A stretch of 64,000 nucleotides of DNA from Podarcis melisellensis (lineage: Eukaryota): assembly GCA_964234715.1 (NCBI GenBank), contig OZ174289.1. The stretch is one strand, 5' to 3'. This document shows, piece by piece, positions 12,236 through 23,839 of this stretch. A program made the position numbers and the translations under genes. How positions within the stretch are numbered: position 1 is the first letter of the stretch; every line of letters starts with the position of its first letter. A model generated the notes under the pieces. The model did not search any database, was not told the DNA's origin, and worked only from the letters and a program-made list of their open reading frames with translations.

Positions 12236-13554
12236 CTTAACATATCTCTACCTCCAACCCCCCCCCCCGGCTTTTCTTTGCAAATGTCTCTCTCTTCCTT
12301 CTCATTCAGAATAGCAGACAACCTTACAAGATTAATGCAAACATCATTAAGCACTTCTACAGGGAGGGATCTTATTCTGGAGACAGGTGTGGCTTCAATA
12401 TTATTCATGAATGAATGTTGGGGCAAAAGATGGGGAATGATGTCTACCTCTAAATATCCAGAGTTAATATTACTTTTGCCTGTTTTGTTCCTTTTCAAGT
12501 GATCCCAGACAATCAGGGATCACATACAGGATGGGATGCTATGACAGGGCTATGTAGCCAATCAGGTTTTATTCTTGTTTTTGATGTTGGCAAATGAAGT
12601 CCATTTAGAATGCTGATAGCGCTTCCTGTATTGGTCACATGGTTGGTCCTGCCCAGTCCAGGATCACTAGGGAGGGAGTACACCTCAGTGGCAAGGTATT
12701 TTCTTTGCATGCAAATCTCTGGCATCTGCTGCCAAAATTATCTGGTAACAGGTGCTGCTGGATAAAGTGAGCTAGATGGTCAAATAGTCTGACATCATGC
12801 AAGACAGCTTCCTATGTAGAGAGTAAGCAAATCTTTACCTGTGATATTTTCTTTAGACAAGGAGAGAGAGAAATGTCAAGGTAAAATGGCACCACTTAAC
12901 ATATCTCTACCTCCAACCCCCCCCCCCCGGCTTTTCTTTGCAAATGTCTCTCTCTTCCTTCTCATTCAGAATAGCAGACAACCTTACAAGATTAATGCAA
13001 ACATCATTAAGCACTTCTACAGGGAGGGATCTTATTCTGGAGACAGGTGTGGCTTCAATATTATTCATGAATGAATGTTGGGGCAAAAGATGGGGAATGA
13101 TGTCTACCTCTAAATATCCAGAGTTAATATTACTTTTGCCTGTTTTGTTCCTTTTCAAGTGATCCCAGACAATCAGGGATCACATACAGGATGGGATGCT
13201 ATGACAGGGCTATGTAGCCAATCAGGTTTTATTCTTGTTTTTGATGTTGGCAAATGAAGTCCATTTAGAATGCTGATAGCGCTTCCTGTATTGGTCACAT
13301 GGTTGGTCCTGCCCAGTCCAGGATCACTAGGGAGGGAGTACACCTCAGTGGCAAGGTATTTTCTTTGCATGCAAATCTCTGGCATCTGCTGCCAAAATTA
13401 TCTGGTAACAGGTGCTGCTGGATAAAGTGAGCTAGATGGTCAAATAGTCTGACATCATGCAAGACAGCTTCCTATGTAGAGAGTAAGCAAATCTTTACCT
13501 GTGATATTTTCTTTAGACAAGGAGAGAGAGAAATGTCAAGGTAAAATGGCACCA
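12236..13554. repeat. Direct tandem duplication, 659 bp + 660 bp
   Basis: Copy 1 is 12236-12894 and copy 2 is 12895-13554. The only difference I see is a C11 vs C12 homopolymer. Confidence 0.95.
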
Positions 13555-14629
13555 CTATCTTCCACACAATAATTGCATCTCCATGTCATGTGATAAACTT
13601 TCCACTTTCTTCTTCAGCCCCCTTGAGATGATCCCTTTGATTGTTCTTTCCCCACTTGCCTTGATTGGTTTCTTACTTGTCTTGATTGCCTTGCTGGGCA
13701 TTCCATGATCTCAACAATTCTCTTCCTACATTTCTGTGTTTTGTTCATTCAGTCTCTGTGTGTGCGTGTAGCTTGTTTAGCCATTTATAAAAGCCCATTC
13801 AAAGTTCAAGAGAAGAAAGTTTAGAAGCCAGCTTGGTTGTGGCTTCCGTATCATTTCCCAGTTCACATGTTATGCTAATCCCATCCAATGTTTGTCCTCT
13901 GGTTTACAGCTCATGTGTGGTTTACAGCAAGGTAGAATCCCACCCAAATTGGCTTGCAAGTAGTAAGAGAAATGACCATCTTGGATCCAGTTCCCTACCC
14001 TGAAAGAGATGGCTATGTTTGGCAAAGGAAGACCCTTGGCCAGCCTGTCCCTCCTCTAATACTGTCACTGTTTAGGATGACTGAGCAGCAAGAAATGTGG
14101 CACTTATTGGTTACTGAAAGCATTAAAAAGAAAAAAGAATAGAGAGAGAAGTTGTAATTACATTATACTAATATACCATTGAGTCGCTCTACAAACACAA
14201 ATTAAATAAGTAAAAAAAAAAAAAAGATAGGAGGAAAAATATGTGTTGTTTAGCCTGGAGGGAGGAATATAGATAGGGGTGGGGGATTGCGATGAGAGAG
14301 GCAGAATTCTTTGAGGGCAGGATGGAAGGGAGCCAAGCACTTTGCAAATGAGAACACAAAAAAGCCTTTTCAAAAAGAAGCCACTAGGAAGGAGCTGTCC
14401 CGCAGGATTCTGAGCTGTGGGAGGTCATAAAAGCACCACGAAAGTAAAGACCATAAAGGCTTCAGTGATTCCATGTCAGTTAATTCCACTTTGCATTCTC
14501 TAATTAAGGGGAATGGTTCCTATGTGTTGCACTGCAGAATGTAAGAGGATCCCCTTCTGTGAGCTCCTGGGACCCAGTGGCTGATGGAAGTCCCCCCCCC
14601 TCTCTCTCCTAATGTACTGAATAGCATCT

Positions 14630-15135
14630 TAGACATGGGTTGGCAAACTAAGGCCCATGGGTTGGATCAGGCCCAATTGCCTTCTAAATCCAGCCCAGGG
14701 ATCATCCGAGAATCCAGGCAGCAGGCATAGCGCATGAGAGTGATGGTTTTTGCGACAGACAGGCTTGGGGGTCAAAAGTGAGGCAGGCAGCTGCTCGAGA
14801 CAAGCCCCTTCTCCGTCCATTGCGCGTGCAGCAATATTTTCTTCCGGTGTGGGGAAGAGTGAAAAGGAGCAACAGTTCGAATTTCCACCATGGAGCTGCT
14901 GGCGACTGACCTCAGGAAGGGCAGTTGCGGCGGCAGGAACTCGGAGACGCCTCAGGAGTGACACCTGCCGGTGTCTGTGGCAGCAATGCCCCCCGCCAGA
15001 GGAAGTGGGGAGCACCTGGGCGGCTGCAATGTGAAGCAGTTCTGCACCCTGCTGGGGAAGCTGCTTGTTAGCTACATGGTGCGAGCCACCGCCTTGCCTT
15101 CCCTCATGCGGGGAAAATAATGTTTTTGCTTGAGC
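14630..15135. mobile_element. hAT-like non-autonomous element fragment with GC-rich interior
   Basis: Begins CATGGGTTGGCAAACTAAGGCCCATGGGTTGGATCAGGCCC, a typical hAT-MITE end; a related opposite end occurs at about 29075-29150. Confidence 0.45.
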
Positions 15136-15152
15136 GGCGCCAGCATGACTTA

Positions 15153-15406
15153 GCGTGGCCAGCATAACTAAACTGCTTCTGGTGCAATGGGACACTGTGA
15201 CAAGTGCCGGAGCACATGGAAAGGCTGTTTACCTTCCCACAGCAGCGGTACCTATTTATATACTTGCACTAGTGTGCTTTCAAACTGGCAGAAGCTGGGA
15301 CAGAGCAACAGGAGCTCACTATTGTCAAGCAGATTCAAACTACCGACCTTCCGATCGGCAAGCCCAAGGGGTTCAGTGGTTTAGCCCACAGCGCCACCTG
15401 TGTCCC
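15153..15406 (-). mobile_element. Sauria SINE, 3' part missing
   Basis: Reverse complement of the SINE head and core (GTACCTATTTAT...CCACAGCGCCACCTGTGTCCC). Confidence 0.85.
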
Positions 15407-15909
15407 ATGCCACCCATGCCAGCCCAGCATGACCACACCCCACTACCACATCAGAGGGAAGTAGGGTGCTAGCTCTGCCCTCTGTAGATTATTTGGACAA
15501 TGGCACAATTTAGCCCAACTCCCAACTTGCCTCCCCATGTTCAATTTTGCCCAACCCAGCTCACTTCCAGGATATTGGAAATGTGGTCAAATTCAGCCCA
15601 ACTACAGACAGTCATTGTCCTTGCACAATCCTTTGTTGTTCCAGATTGTTTTCTTCACATTCCTTTGAAGCTCCTCTGAATGTGAAGAAAGGTATTTTAT
15701 CTGGCTGGCACATTCTTTTTACATTTCCGACCACCATCTGCACTATATTCTTACCATTGTTCTCAAATCAAGTTCTTATTGCTGTGGCTCCAGCAAGTAA
15801 TGCACAGCAAGAAAGGACATTCTCCTTTCAAGTATCAATGCATCTGCCTTTCACAAGGTTATCAAGTATGGGCTTTTTCTCAATACCTAGACACATGCTT
15901 GAGTCTTTT

Positions 15910-16022
15910 TAGAATCATAGTACTGTAGAGGTGGGAGGCAGCCCAGAGGTCATCTTATCCAACCCCCCACAGAGCAGAAATCACAGATAAAAATCTAATC
16001 CAACCTCTGTTTAAAAACCTAT
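15910..16022 (-). mobile_element. CR1 3' terminal fragment
   Basis: AGAATCATAG tail followed by GGTCATCT...TCCAACC and CCAACCTCTGTTTAAAAACC. Confidence 0.6.
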
Positions 16023-16632
16023 AATGTCTATCACTTGTTCAGTGTTCTTCCACAGAATTTCATTCGCATCTCTTAAACCAAGCAGTGTGGGGTTTTGGAG
16101 TTTCTTTTGCTATTTCTTTGTACATAGGAAGCTGCCTTCTCCTGAGAGATTCCAACACCTCAAAATAAATATATTAGCTAATGTCTCATATTTGCTATGG
16201 ATGACTTTTTGGTGGCTGCTGCTGTTCTTCCCTCTACTGCACGTACAGTACTCTATATACAGACATCTTACCTGCATTGTGTATCTGCTTGGTCTCAGTT
16301 CACTTGTATATCTTCTCTGGAGCTATTCATGCTGAAGGCACTCCAGCTACCCACATGCAGGAACAGTGAAGTAAAGATTGCATGGGCTGATGGATGCTGA
16401 TGAATGAATTGTCTTAATTTACATCAAAACTGCAGTGCCTTTGGTGCCTTCCAACTCTAGGAATCTGTTGGAAAACCCTGATGCTAAAAGTACAATCAGA
16501 AGGGTCTCCCAAAAGTATAATACAGTGTGGGGAAACCTGGTAGTAGCACTAAAGTGTGGGTGGAACACAGAATTGCTCTGGACAAGGCAAAGTGACTAAC
16601 AATTTTAATAAATAAATAAAAACAATGAAAGA

Positions 16633-16775
16633 TCATCTAGTTCAGTATTGTCTACATACTGATTGTCAGTGGCTCTCCTGGGTTTCAGGCAGGGGATACT
16701 TCTAGCCTTACCTGGAGATGCTGAGATTCTTTGTGTGAGGCAGGTGCATTGACCCCTGAGCTATGACCCTTCCCC
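16633..16775 (-). mobile_element. Squam3-type tRNA-derived SINE
   Basis: Minus strand reads GGGGAAGGGTCATAGCTCAG...CTGAAACCCAGGAGAGCCACTG...AATACTGAACTAGATG. Confidence 0.75.
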
Positions 16776-17454
16776 TTACTGTAGCCTTTCAGTAAACGAG
16801 ATCAGGTTGTTTCGGGGCATTTTCTGGGATTTCCCATCACTGGCTCTTCATTAGTTAACCATTGCAAGACCTCTGCTTCACAGGGTTTGTTTGTTTGTAT
16901 AAAGCTGTTATTTTTTATATATAAAAAACCTGCCCTTCTAGTGCTTATCAACACTTGGAAGAATTGATGCCAACTGTAGCACTAGGCGTACCAGCATACA
17001 AAGCCTAAAATGACTTGGAACCTATGTACATAAAAGAACACTTTCTATAGTATCAACCATCTCAGGCCTAAAAATTGACAAGTTTCATCGGGTCTCTAAA
17101 TGTCAGGTTTATAAAAAGCAGATTTCCGGTGGGAAACTACCAATCATATCAGGCCCTATGATCAGCGGGTTTCTAAACTAGTTGAGCATCAGGTTTCTAA
17201 ACTAGTTAGGTTCTCTGTTGGTGATGTTGCCACTGGGTGCTACCTGGTTTGCACTGGCCTTCTTGGTGGTGGCATCCTGTTTATGGAATCCTCTCCTTGG
17301 TGAGGTGTGTCTGACCCTCTCTTTATTAACTTGCTGGATTAATTTTAAAACATTCCTGGTTCCCCCAGGCACTTGATAGCTAATTTTTTCTGTTCCCGGC
17401 AACTTTGGAATTATTTGCTGTGAGGATAAGTGACTTTTCAAATATTATTGGGTG

Positions 17455-17812
17455 ATTTAGTTCAGTACAGTCTATGCTGAATGACAGCAGCTCTCCGGGT
17501 TTTGAGGCAGAGGGCAGCCCTTGCCCTGTGACCTTTTGCATTCAAAGTAGATCATTGCCACAAAAGGCTCATCCACACTTCTGCTTGTCTCAGGCCTAGA
17601 AAGCACTAGCCCAACCAGTTTTCCCCTTGCCCTGTTTCCCCGCCCCCAGGGAAAAACCTGCTCTTTAGCTCTAAGTTAGGGCAAATGTCAATCTGGGGAA
17701 AACCTGAATTGCTGTTTGATCAGACTGACTTCCAAGAACAGTTTCCCCGGGGGGGGGGGGGGAAGCAGTAGGAGAAGAGGAACTGTGGATAAGCCCTAAG
17801 TTACACCCCTTC
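17455..17812 (-). mobile_element. Degraded Squam3-type SINE split by a MITE
   Basis: SINE body at 17455-17564; head remnant AAGTTACACCCCTTC resumes after 17796. Confidence 0.5.
17565..17796. mobile_element. PIF/Harbinger-like MITE
   Basis: TIRs GGCTCATCCACACTTC / GAACTGTGGATAAGCC; flanked by AAA/TAA. Confidence 0.6.
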
Positions 17813-17830
17813 TGAACCATAAAGTACAGT

Positions 17831-18000
17831 TACAGATAGGTAGCCGTGTTGGTCTGCCATAGTCAAAACAAAAAAAATTCCTTCCAGTAGCACCTTAAAG
17901 ACCAACTAAGTTAGTTTTTGGTATGAGCTTTCATGTGCATGCACACGAAAGCTCATACCAAGAACTAACTTAGTTGGTCTTTAAGGTGCTACTGGAAGGA
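17831..18000. mobile_element. Penelope-like element pLTR fragment forming an inverted repeat
   Basis: GGTAGCCGTGTTGGTCTG...GTAGCACCTTAAAGACCAAC...GAGCTTTC motifs typical of reptile Penelope ends. Palindrome 17877-18002. 12-bp TSD ATAAAGTACAGT at 17819-17830 and 18001-18012. Confidence 0.85.
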
Positions 18001-19793
18001 ATAAAGTACAGTAACACCCCAAATATATATAATATAATAAAAAACAGAGATAGGCATAGCAGATAAAGTAGGAGCATCAAATGAAACAAAAAAATCTGCC
18101 TAAACAAAAAGGTTTTCCGTCTGTTCTTCATCAGTAACTTGTATTCAGAATCAGAAAGGTCCATTTCATCTCCGTGAGTAGCATCAGCAGATAGATCCTA
18201 TCCCATCCCTCATAACCTTGACATAAACTAAAGCCATCTTACTCAGTGGCCAACACAACATCTTCTGACAATGCATTCCATATTCTGCTTGCCTATGGTG
18301 TGCAGAAATGAGATGGGAGGGCAACTTGGCATCATGGGCAAATGGCTCCAGTGTGGCCACAGAGACACCCTACCCCCACCCCCGTTCTAACTCTCAAATG
18401 CAAATTGTAAGTGTAGTGTCTCTAATTGCAAAGGTCTTCCCAAAGATTGCCCACAAGCAGGCAATAACCTTCCCTTCCTTCTGTGCTTTACCAGTAGCAT
18501 GCATTCAGGGGTACACTGTCCCTGAATATGGAGACTCCATTTAGACATGAATTTGTATTTGAAAGCCACCTTACTTAGTGCCCATTGCCATGGGCAGTGC
18601 ATTCCACAAGTCAGGGTTCACCAATCTTTTTAAGGGCTCACATTTGGATTTTTCGGCTGAGCCCACCCCATCTGGCCACCTCTCTGCCTCCACCACCAGA
18701 GTCATGGAAGGAGAAGGTGTGCACTCACATGCTTCACTCTTCCAAGCCATCTGAATAAAGCTCAGATCCAGCAGAGTTAATACAAGCCTTGAAAAACACG
18801 TAGAGATGAAGAGGGAAAGTGTCATTCTTCCAACTTTCTCCTCCAGCCCTGTGTACTACTCAAGGGAGGGGGAAAATGTAACAGTCCTCACCGCTTTATG
18901 ACCCGGGAGGGCAGTGAGTGGAGGTGTCTCAGAGGACGGGCAGGCATTGCGGAAAAGAACTGAAGTGCCCTGTAGGCGCCACTTTGCAACCACTTCTGTA
19001 CATTAGTTCTGAGTTGTTTGAAGAAGTCCTCTCTTTTCTTTTCTCTTGCTCTGTCCTGAATCTGCTGCCAACTCCCTCAGTTTTACCTGCCTTTCCCTCC
19101 AGATGGCAAAACACCAGTAAGATTCCCCCCCACTTTCTAATGAAGCCAAAGGATTAACAAAAACAAGGCGGCACCACTGAGGTTTGCGGGAGGGGTCGGA
19201 AGAGAGGGGAGTGCAAATGAGTTCCTAGTCATTTTGCATCATTTTGGCACAGCCATGCTTTTAGATCCAAATAAAGACAGTGTCTGCAATGGTTAGCAAA
19301 AAACAAAACAAAACCCAACAAACAAAAACCAGTCAAACAGATAGTTAAGGGTAGAGAACTATAAAGGCTAAGCGAACATGGAGTTTCAGCTCTGAACAGA
19401 TGGAAGAGGATAAAAGGGGAAACAGCTGTAGAGAAGGTGGGAGCTTCAGAGATGGAATAATCAGACACTTAGAGAAGCAAGAAAGGGGAGGGAAGGAAGA
19501 GAGGATGTGTCCCTGGGTCTGGGGTGGGGGAAGAGGCACTGTCAAGTATGAACACCACCTCCGTTGACAAGACAGACATAAATACAGAGATAAGAATGAG
19601 TGACACCAATGCTTATAGGGTATGGGACCAGGGATGGAAATGTGGTAGGCATGTGGGAATCTGCGATAAGGGGCAGTACATGTGTGAATTGCTAGAATTA
19701 TACAGAGGAGGGCCGTGCTGGAGGGCAAGTGTGAAAGAAGGATCCTTTTCCACATCTCTCATTCATTTGTAGAGAGAAACAGATAAGGAAAGG

Positions 19794-19794
<1 letters not shown>

Positions 19795-19859
<65 letters not shown>
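19795..19859. repeat. (CA)n(GA)n compound microsatellite
   Basis: Seen directly. Confidence 0.95.
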
Positions 19860-21571
19860 CGCATTATGCAGTGTACCCTTTGGTGTGATTTTCTTCTGAT
19901 GGTGGAGAGAAGAGGAAGGGAAACTGAGGAGCAGTCACATAGTTTACTTTGGTTTCACACACCAGTTTACATCTTACTAAGAGCTGGTTCAGGGGCCCTT
20001 AGTATAACTCTTATTTTGGCCACTGAAAGTGGGGAAGAGCAATCAACAGTCTGATGTATGTCCACCTCAGTGTAATATTTCACAAACGGAAGTAGAGTGT
20101 GTTTGGAACATCCCAATTCTACTACCAAGGGTCACTACTATAGTAAACCCACACCTACAATTTCCCACAGAACACAACAACCTGCCCTCCACTGATTAAA
20201 AAACCAAGATGGTAACTATCTTTTTTCTTAGATATATGTGTGACGTGGGGGGGGGCGGTTTATTGGGGATGGAGAGAGAGAACTATCCTGCAAGACCAAC
20301 CAATCAAGCCCTGTATATTGCTGAATTATTCCTCTCCCCCATGTTCATTGCAACATGGGAAACACATGAGCTTTAAGTTGTTGGTGGGAGTTTGAAAAGG
20401 AATATACTTCCCATGGCACTGTGGGAGTTGTCCCAGAGCTTTGAGGGAATTGCACCTCATTTTCAGTTAAATGTAAGACAAAAGAATGGGTATTTCTTGA
20501 CAGCCCCTTGTCAGATGTCTCGAATGTGGACATGCCCGATTCTCCAGAGAGTTTAATTCATCTGGATGGGTCTTCTGTGTTAGGGCATCTCCAGCAAAAT
20601 CAGAGGCAACTGTGCATATTCAATGAGACGGGTTGCAGATGCCCACGGCAGAGCAGGCCTTGCATGCTGGCAGGGAATACTCTGCCATCTGGCTTGTTGT
20701 GCAGTGCTTGCTGATGAATTAACACCTAGGTCCAAGATGCGGCTGGAGTTACCTGCTCACTTTCGACAGGAAAAATTGTTGCTTGGGCAGAGAATTGATA
20801 AGCAGGAAAAAGATGCAGGAAAAGATAAATGAGGAGTGAGGAGGGTACATTCAGCTCCCCCTCGGGCATTTCTGTCTGTCCCTTGTGACCCTCCCCTAAG
20901 GTCATGCCCCCTACCCAAGCCACACCCACTCTGGCCCTGCTCCACACCTTCCTTGAGTACTTCAGCCAGGTAGGATGTATTACTGAACTGCGATAATGTC
21001 TTTTATTTGCCTGGATGGAAGCTTGCGTGTGTGTAAAGCTATGATTTTCTGTAATGTAGCTTGTTGTGTGAAGGGGAGAACCCTACCCGCTTTCTACCTT
21101 CTGCCACATCCACCATATGCCACCCCCTGAAGTTTGCCAATGAGGAAATGTGTCCCCTTGGGCTGAGGAAGGTTTCCCATCCCTAAGATAATGGGGTTGT
21201 AATGAAGACCTCGGAGTCTCATCTTGATGCTACGCCCTTCCTTCCACTTTTGATGGTGATGAATGATCTTCCTTATCAAGAATGGATGGTGCTGAAATAT
21301 GCATTCTTTGATTTCATGCCAGCATTATGAATCACCTGTATAAAAGCAATGTTTCTCCCAGGTGTATTCCCAAGCTGGATAACTTTATGGCTGTTCAGCG
21401 TTGCCTCAATCCAACATTTAGACAAAGACCTGTGTTCACTAGGAGTTCCTAGGAGTGAACTTCAGGGCGAATGTTTTCTGCAAGAAAGTAGGAAGGGGTG
21501 TGTGATCAAACTCTCTCCAGTGCAACCTTTAACACCAGTGCACTGGTGTTTTCAGCCATTATCAGCTACAT

Positions 21572-21679
21572 GGAAGGGCCATAGCTCAGTGGTATAGCAT
21601 TTGCTTAGTATGCAGAAGATCTCATGTTCAATCCCTAGCATCTCCAGGTAGGGGTGAGAATATGTCCTCTGAAACCCTA
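21572..21679 (+). mobile_element. Squam3-type SINE, 5' half
   Basis: GGAAGGGCCATAGCTCAGTGGT (A box)...GTTCAATCCC (B box)...CTGAAACCCT. Confidence 0.8.
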
Positions 21680-23839
21680 GATTTTAACATACATTCTGTC
21701 ACGACCTTACAAGGAGCCTCTCGGGACTTCGTGGAAAGCATGGCCTCCATGGGGCTGTCCCTGAATAAGTTTGGCCCAACACATAGCCACAGACATGCCT
21801 TCGATCTGGTGTTCACCTTTATGGATGTGGGTGATCTGACACTAAGTAAAAATGAAACAAAAGAAGTGCCATGGTCGGATCACTTCCTGGTGCAACTGGA
21901 CTTTTCTGTGACCCTTCCCCTCCACTGGGAGGTGGGACCAATTTGGTTGGTCCGCCCTGCTACAATGGATCCAAATGGTTTCCAGAGAGTGGTAGGAGAT
22001 GTTTTATCCCATGTTGATGGCCTTTCAGCTAATTCCCTGGTGGCCCACTGGAATGCAGAGTTAACCAGGGCTATTGACTATCTGACTTCGAAGTGCCCTC
22101 TCCAGTTGCATGGAGCCCAGACAGCCCCATGGTTTTCCTGGGAGCTGAGAGTGATGAAACAATTGCTGAGATGGCTAGAGCATCAGTGGAGGAAAACTCA
22201 TTCTGAATCAGATTGGACACAGGTTAGAGCTCAACGTTGAGCCTACCAAGTGGTGATAGGGATGACGAAGAGGACCTTCTTTGCTGCCTAATTGCATCTG
22301 CAGAAAACAGCAACAGGAGACTCTTTCAGTGGTTTGCAATCTAACGGAAGCAGCTTCGTCAACCGGGCCTGATGAGCACCCCAAGATCTCCTGCAATGAA
22401 TTCTTGCAGATAGTCACTCAGATTTGGAAAGAGGTAGATTTCACCATGGTAGTGAGGCCGGGCTGGGAGAGTGCTGGAGTCCTGTCCGGTCAAGTTGCAT
22501 GGAATCAATTCCAATCTGTTAACTCCAAGGATGTGGACAAGCTGCTTGGACGAATGAAACTAGTCACCTGTCTCCTTGAAGGGCTGGGCAATGGGCTCCG
22601 TGGGGTGGTGAATGCCTTCCTCTGTGAGGGAGGTTCCCAGACCTATTTAAAGAAGTGGTTATTAAACTGTTTCTTAAAATACCATCTTTGGACCCAGCCA
22701 ATATGGCAACAATCGCCCAGTTTCAAATCTTCCATTCTTGGGCAAAATGATTGAGCAGGTGGTCGCTGAACAACTCCAGGCATGCCTGGAGGATGCGGAC
22801 CACTTGGATCCATTCCAGTCAGGATTCAGGCCTCATCATGGGACTGAAACTGCCTTGGTCGCACTGGTTGATGATCTCTGGCAGGCTAGGGACAAAGGTG
22901 AGATCTGTTTCCTAGTTCTGCTGGATCTCTCAGCAGCTTTTCATACCATCAACCGTAACATCCTTCTGGACCATCTAGAGGAGCAGGGAGCTGGGGGCAG
23001 TGTTATACAGTAGTTCGCTCCTTCCTCCTGGACCGTGTTCAGAAATTGGTGGTGGGGGATGAGTGTTCAGACCCCTGGGCTCTCACTTGTGGGGTGCCTC
23101 AGGGTTCTGTCCTCTCCCCCATGCTTTTCAACATCTACATGAAGCTGCTGGAAGAGATCATCAGGGGGTTGGGCTGGATGTTCACCAGTATGCAGATGAT
23201 ACCTAGCTCTACCTCTCCTTCAAATCAGAACCAGTGAAGGCAGTGAAGGTCCTGTGTGAGTGTCTGGAGGCAGTTGGAGGATGGATCACTTGGGCTACTG
23301 CAGTGGCTTTGAAGGTGACCCAGAAACTACAACTAATCCAGAATGCAGCAGCTTGACTGGTGACTGGGAGTGGCTGCCGAGACCATATAACACCAGTCCT
23401 AAAAAAATCTTAATTTGTTCCCAGTGTGTTTACGAGCACAATTCAAAGTGTTGGTTTTGATCTTGAAAGCCCTAAACAGCCTCAGTCCTGTATACCTGAA
23501 GGAGCATCTCCACCCCCATCATTCAACCCAGACACTGAGTTCCAGTGCCGATGGCCTTCTGGTGGTTCCCTCACTGGAGGCAAAGTTACAAGGAACCAGG
23601 CAGAGGGTCTTCTCGGTAATGGCGTCATCCCTTCTTCAGATGTCAAGGGGATAAAGAACTACACAACTTTTAGAAGACATCTGAAGGCAGCCCTGTATTG
23701 GGAGGTTTTTAATGTTTGATGTTTTAGTATGTTTCAATATATGCTGTGAGCTGCCCGGAGTGGCTGGGCAAACCCAGCCAGATGGATGGGGTATAAATAA
23801 AATAACTATAACTATAACAATGTTATTATTGCTATTATT
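21680..23839 (+). mobile_element. 5'-truncated L2-clade LINE, decayed ORF2 (APE endonuclease end plus RT)
   Basis: Peptides DFNIH, PTH, SDHFLV, FQSGFRPHHGTETAL, LLDLSAAF and GVPQGSVLSPMLFNIYM; YADD (TATGCAGATGAT near 23189); 3' end with AAT-rich tail; stops and frameshifts. Confidence 0.93.

Noticed and set aside
12164-13385. Repeated ORFs suggesting a duplicated small gene
   Set aside because: They repeat only because of the 660-bp duplication; no homology or coding features.
14629-15195. 188-aa minus-strand ORF
   Set aside because: Spans a GC-rich transposon interior and a SINE; no recognisable domain or splice structure.
17877-18002. Functional hammerhead ribozyme or miRNA gene
   Set aside because: The CUGANGA core is missing on both strands; a loopless TE-derived palindrome is not a typical pre-miRNA.
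21572-21650. tRNA gene (also 46775, 57716, 59300, 60074)
   Set aside because: These are tRNA-derived SINE heads: decayed arms, continuing into SINE body sequence.
21662-23719. Intact protein-coding RT gene
   Set aside because: Fragmented by stops and frameshifts and 5'-truncated; a dead L2 copy.
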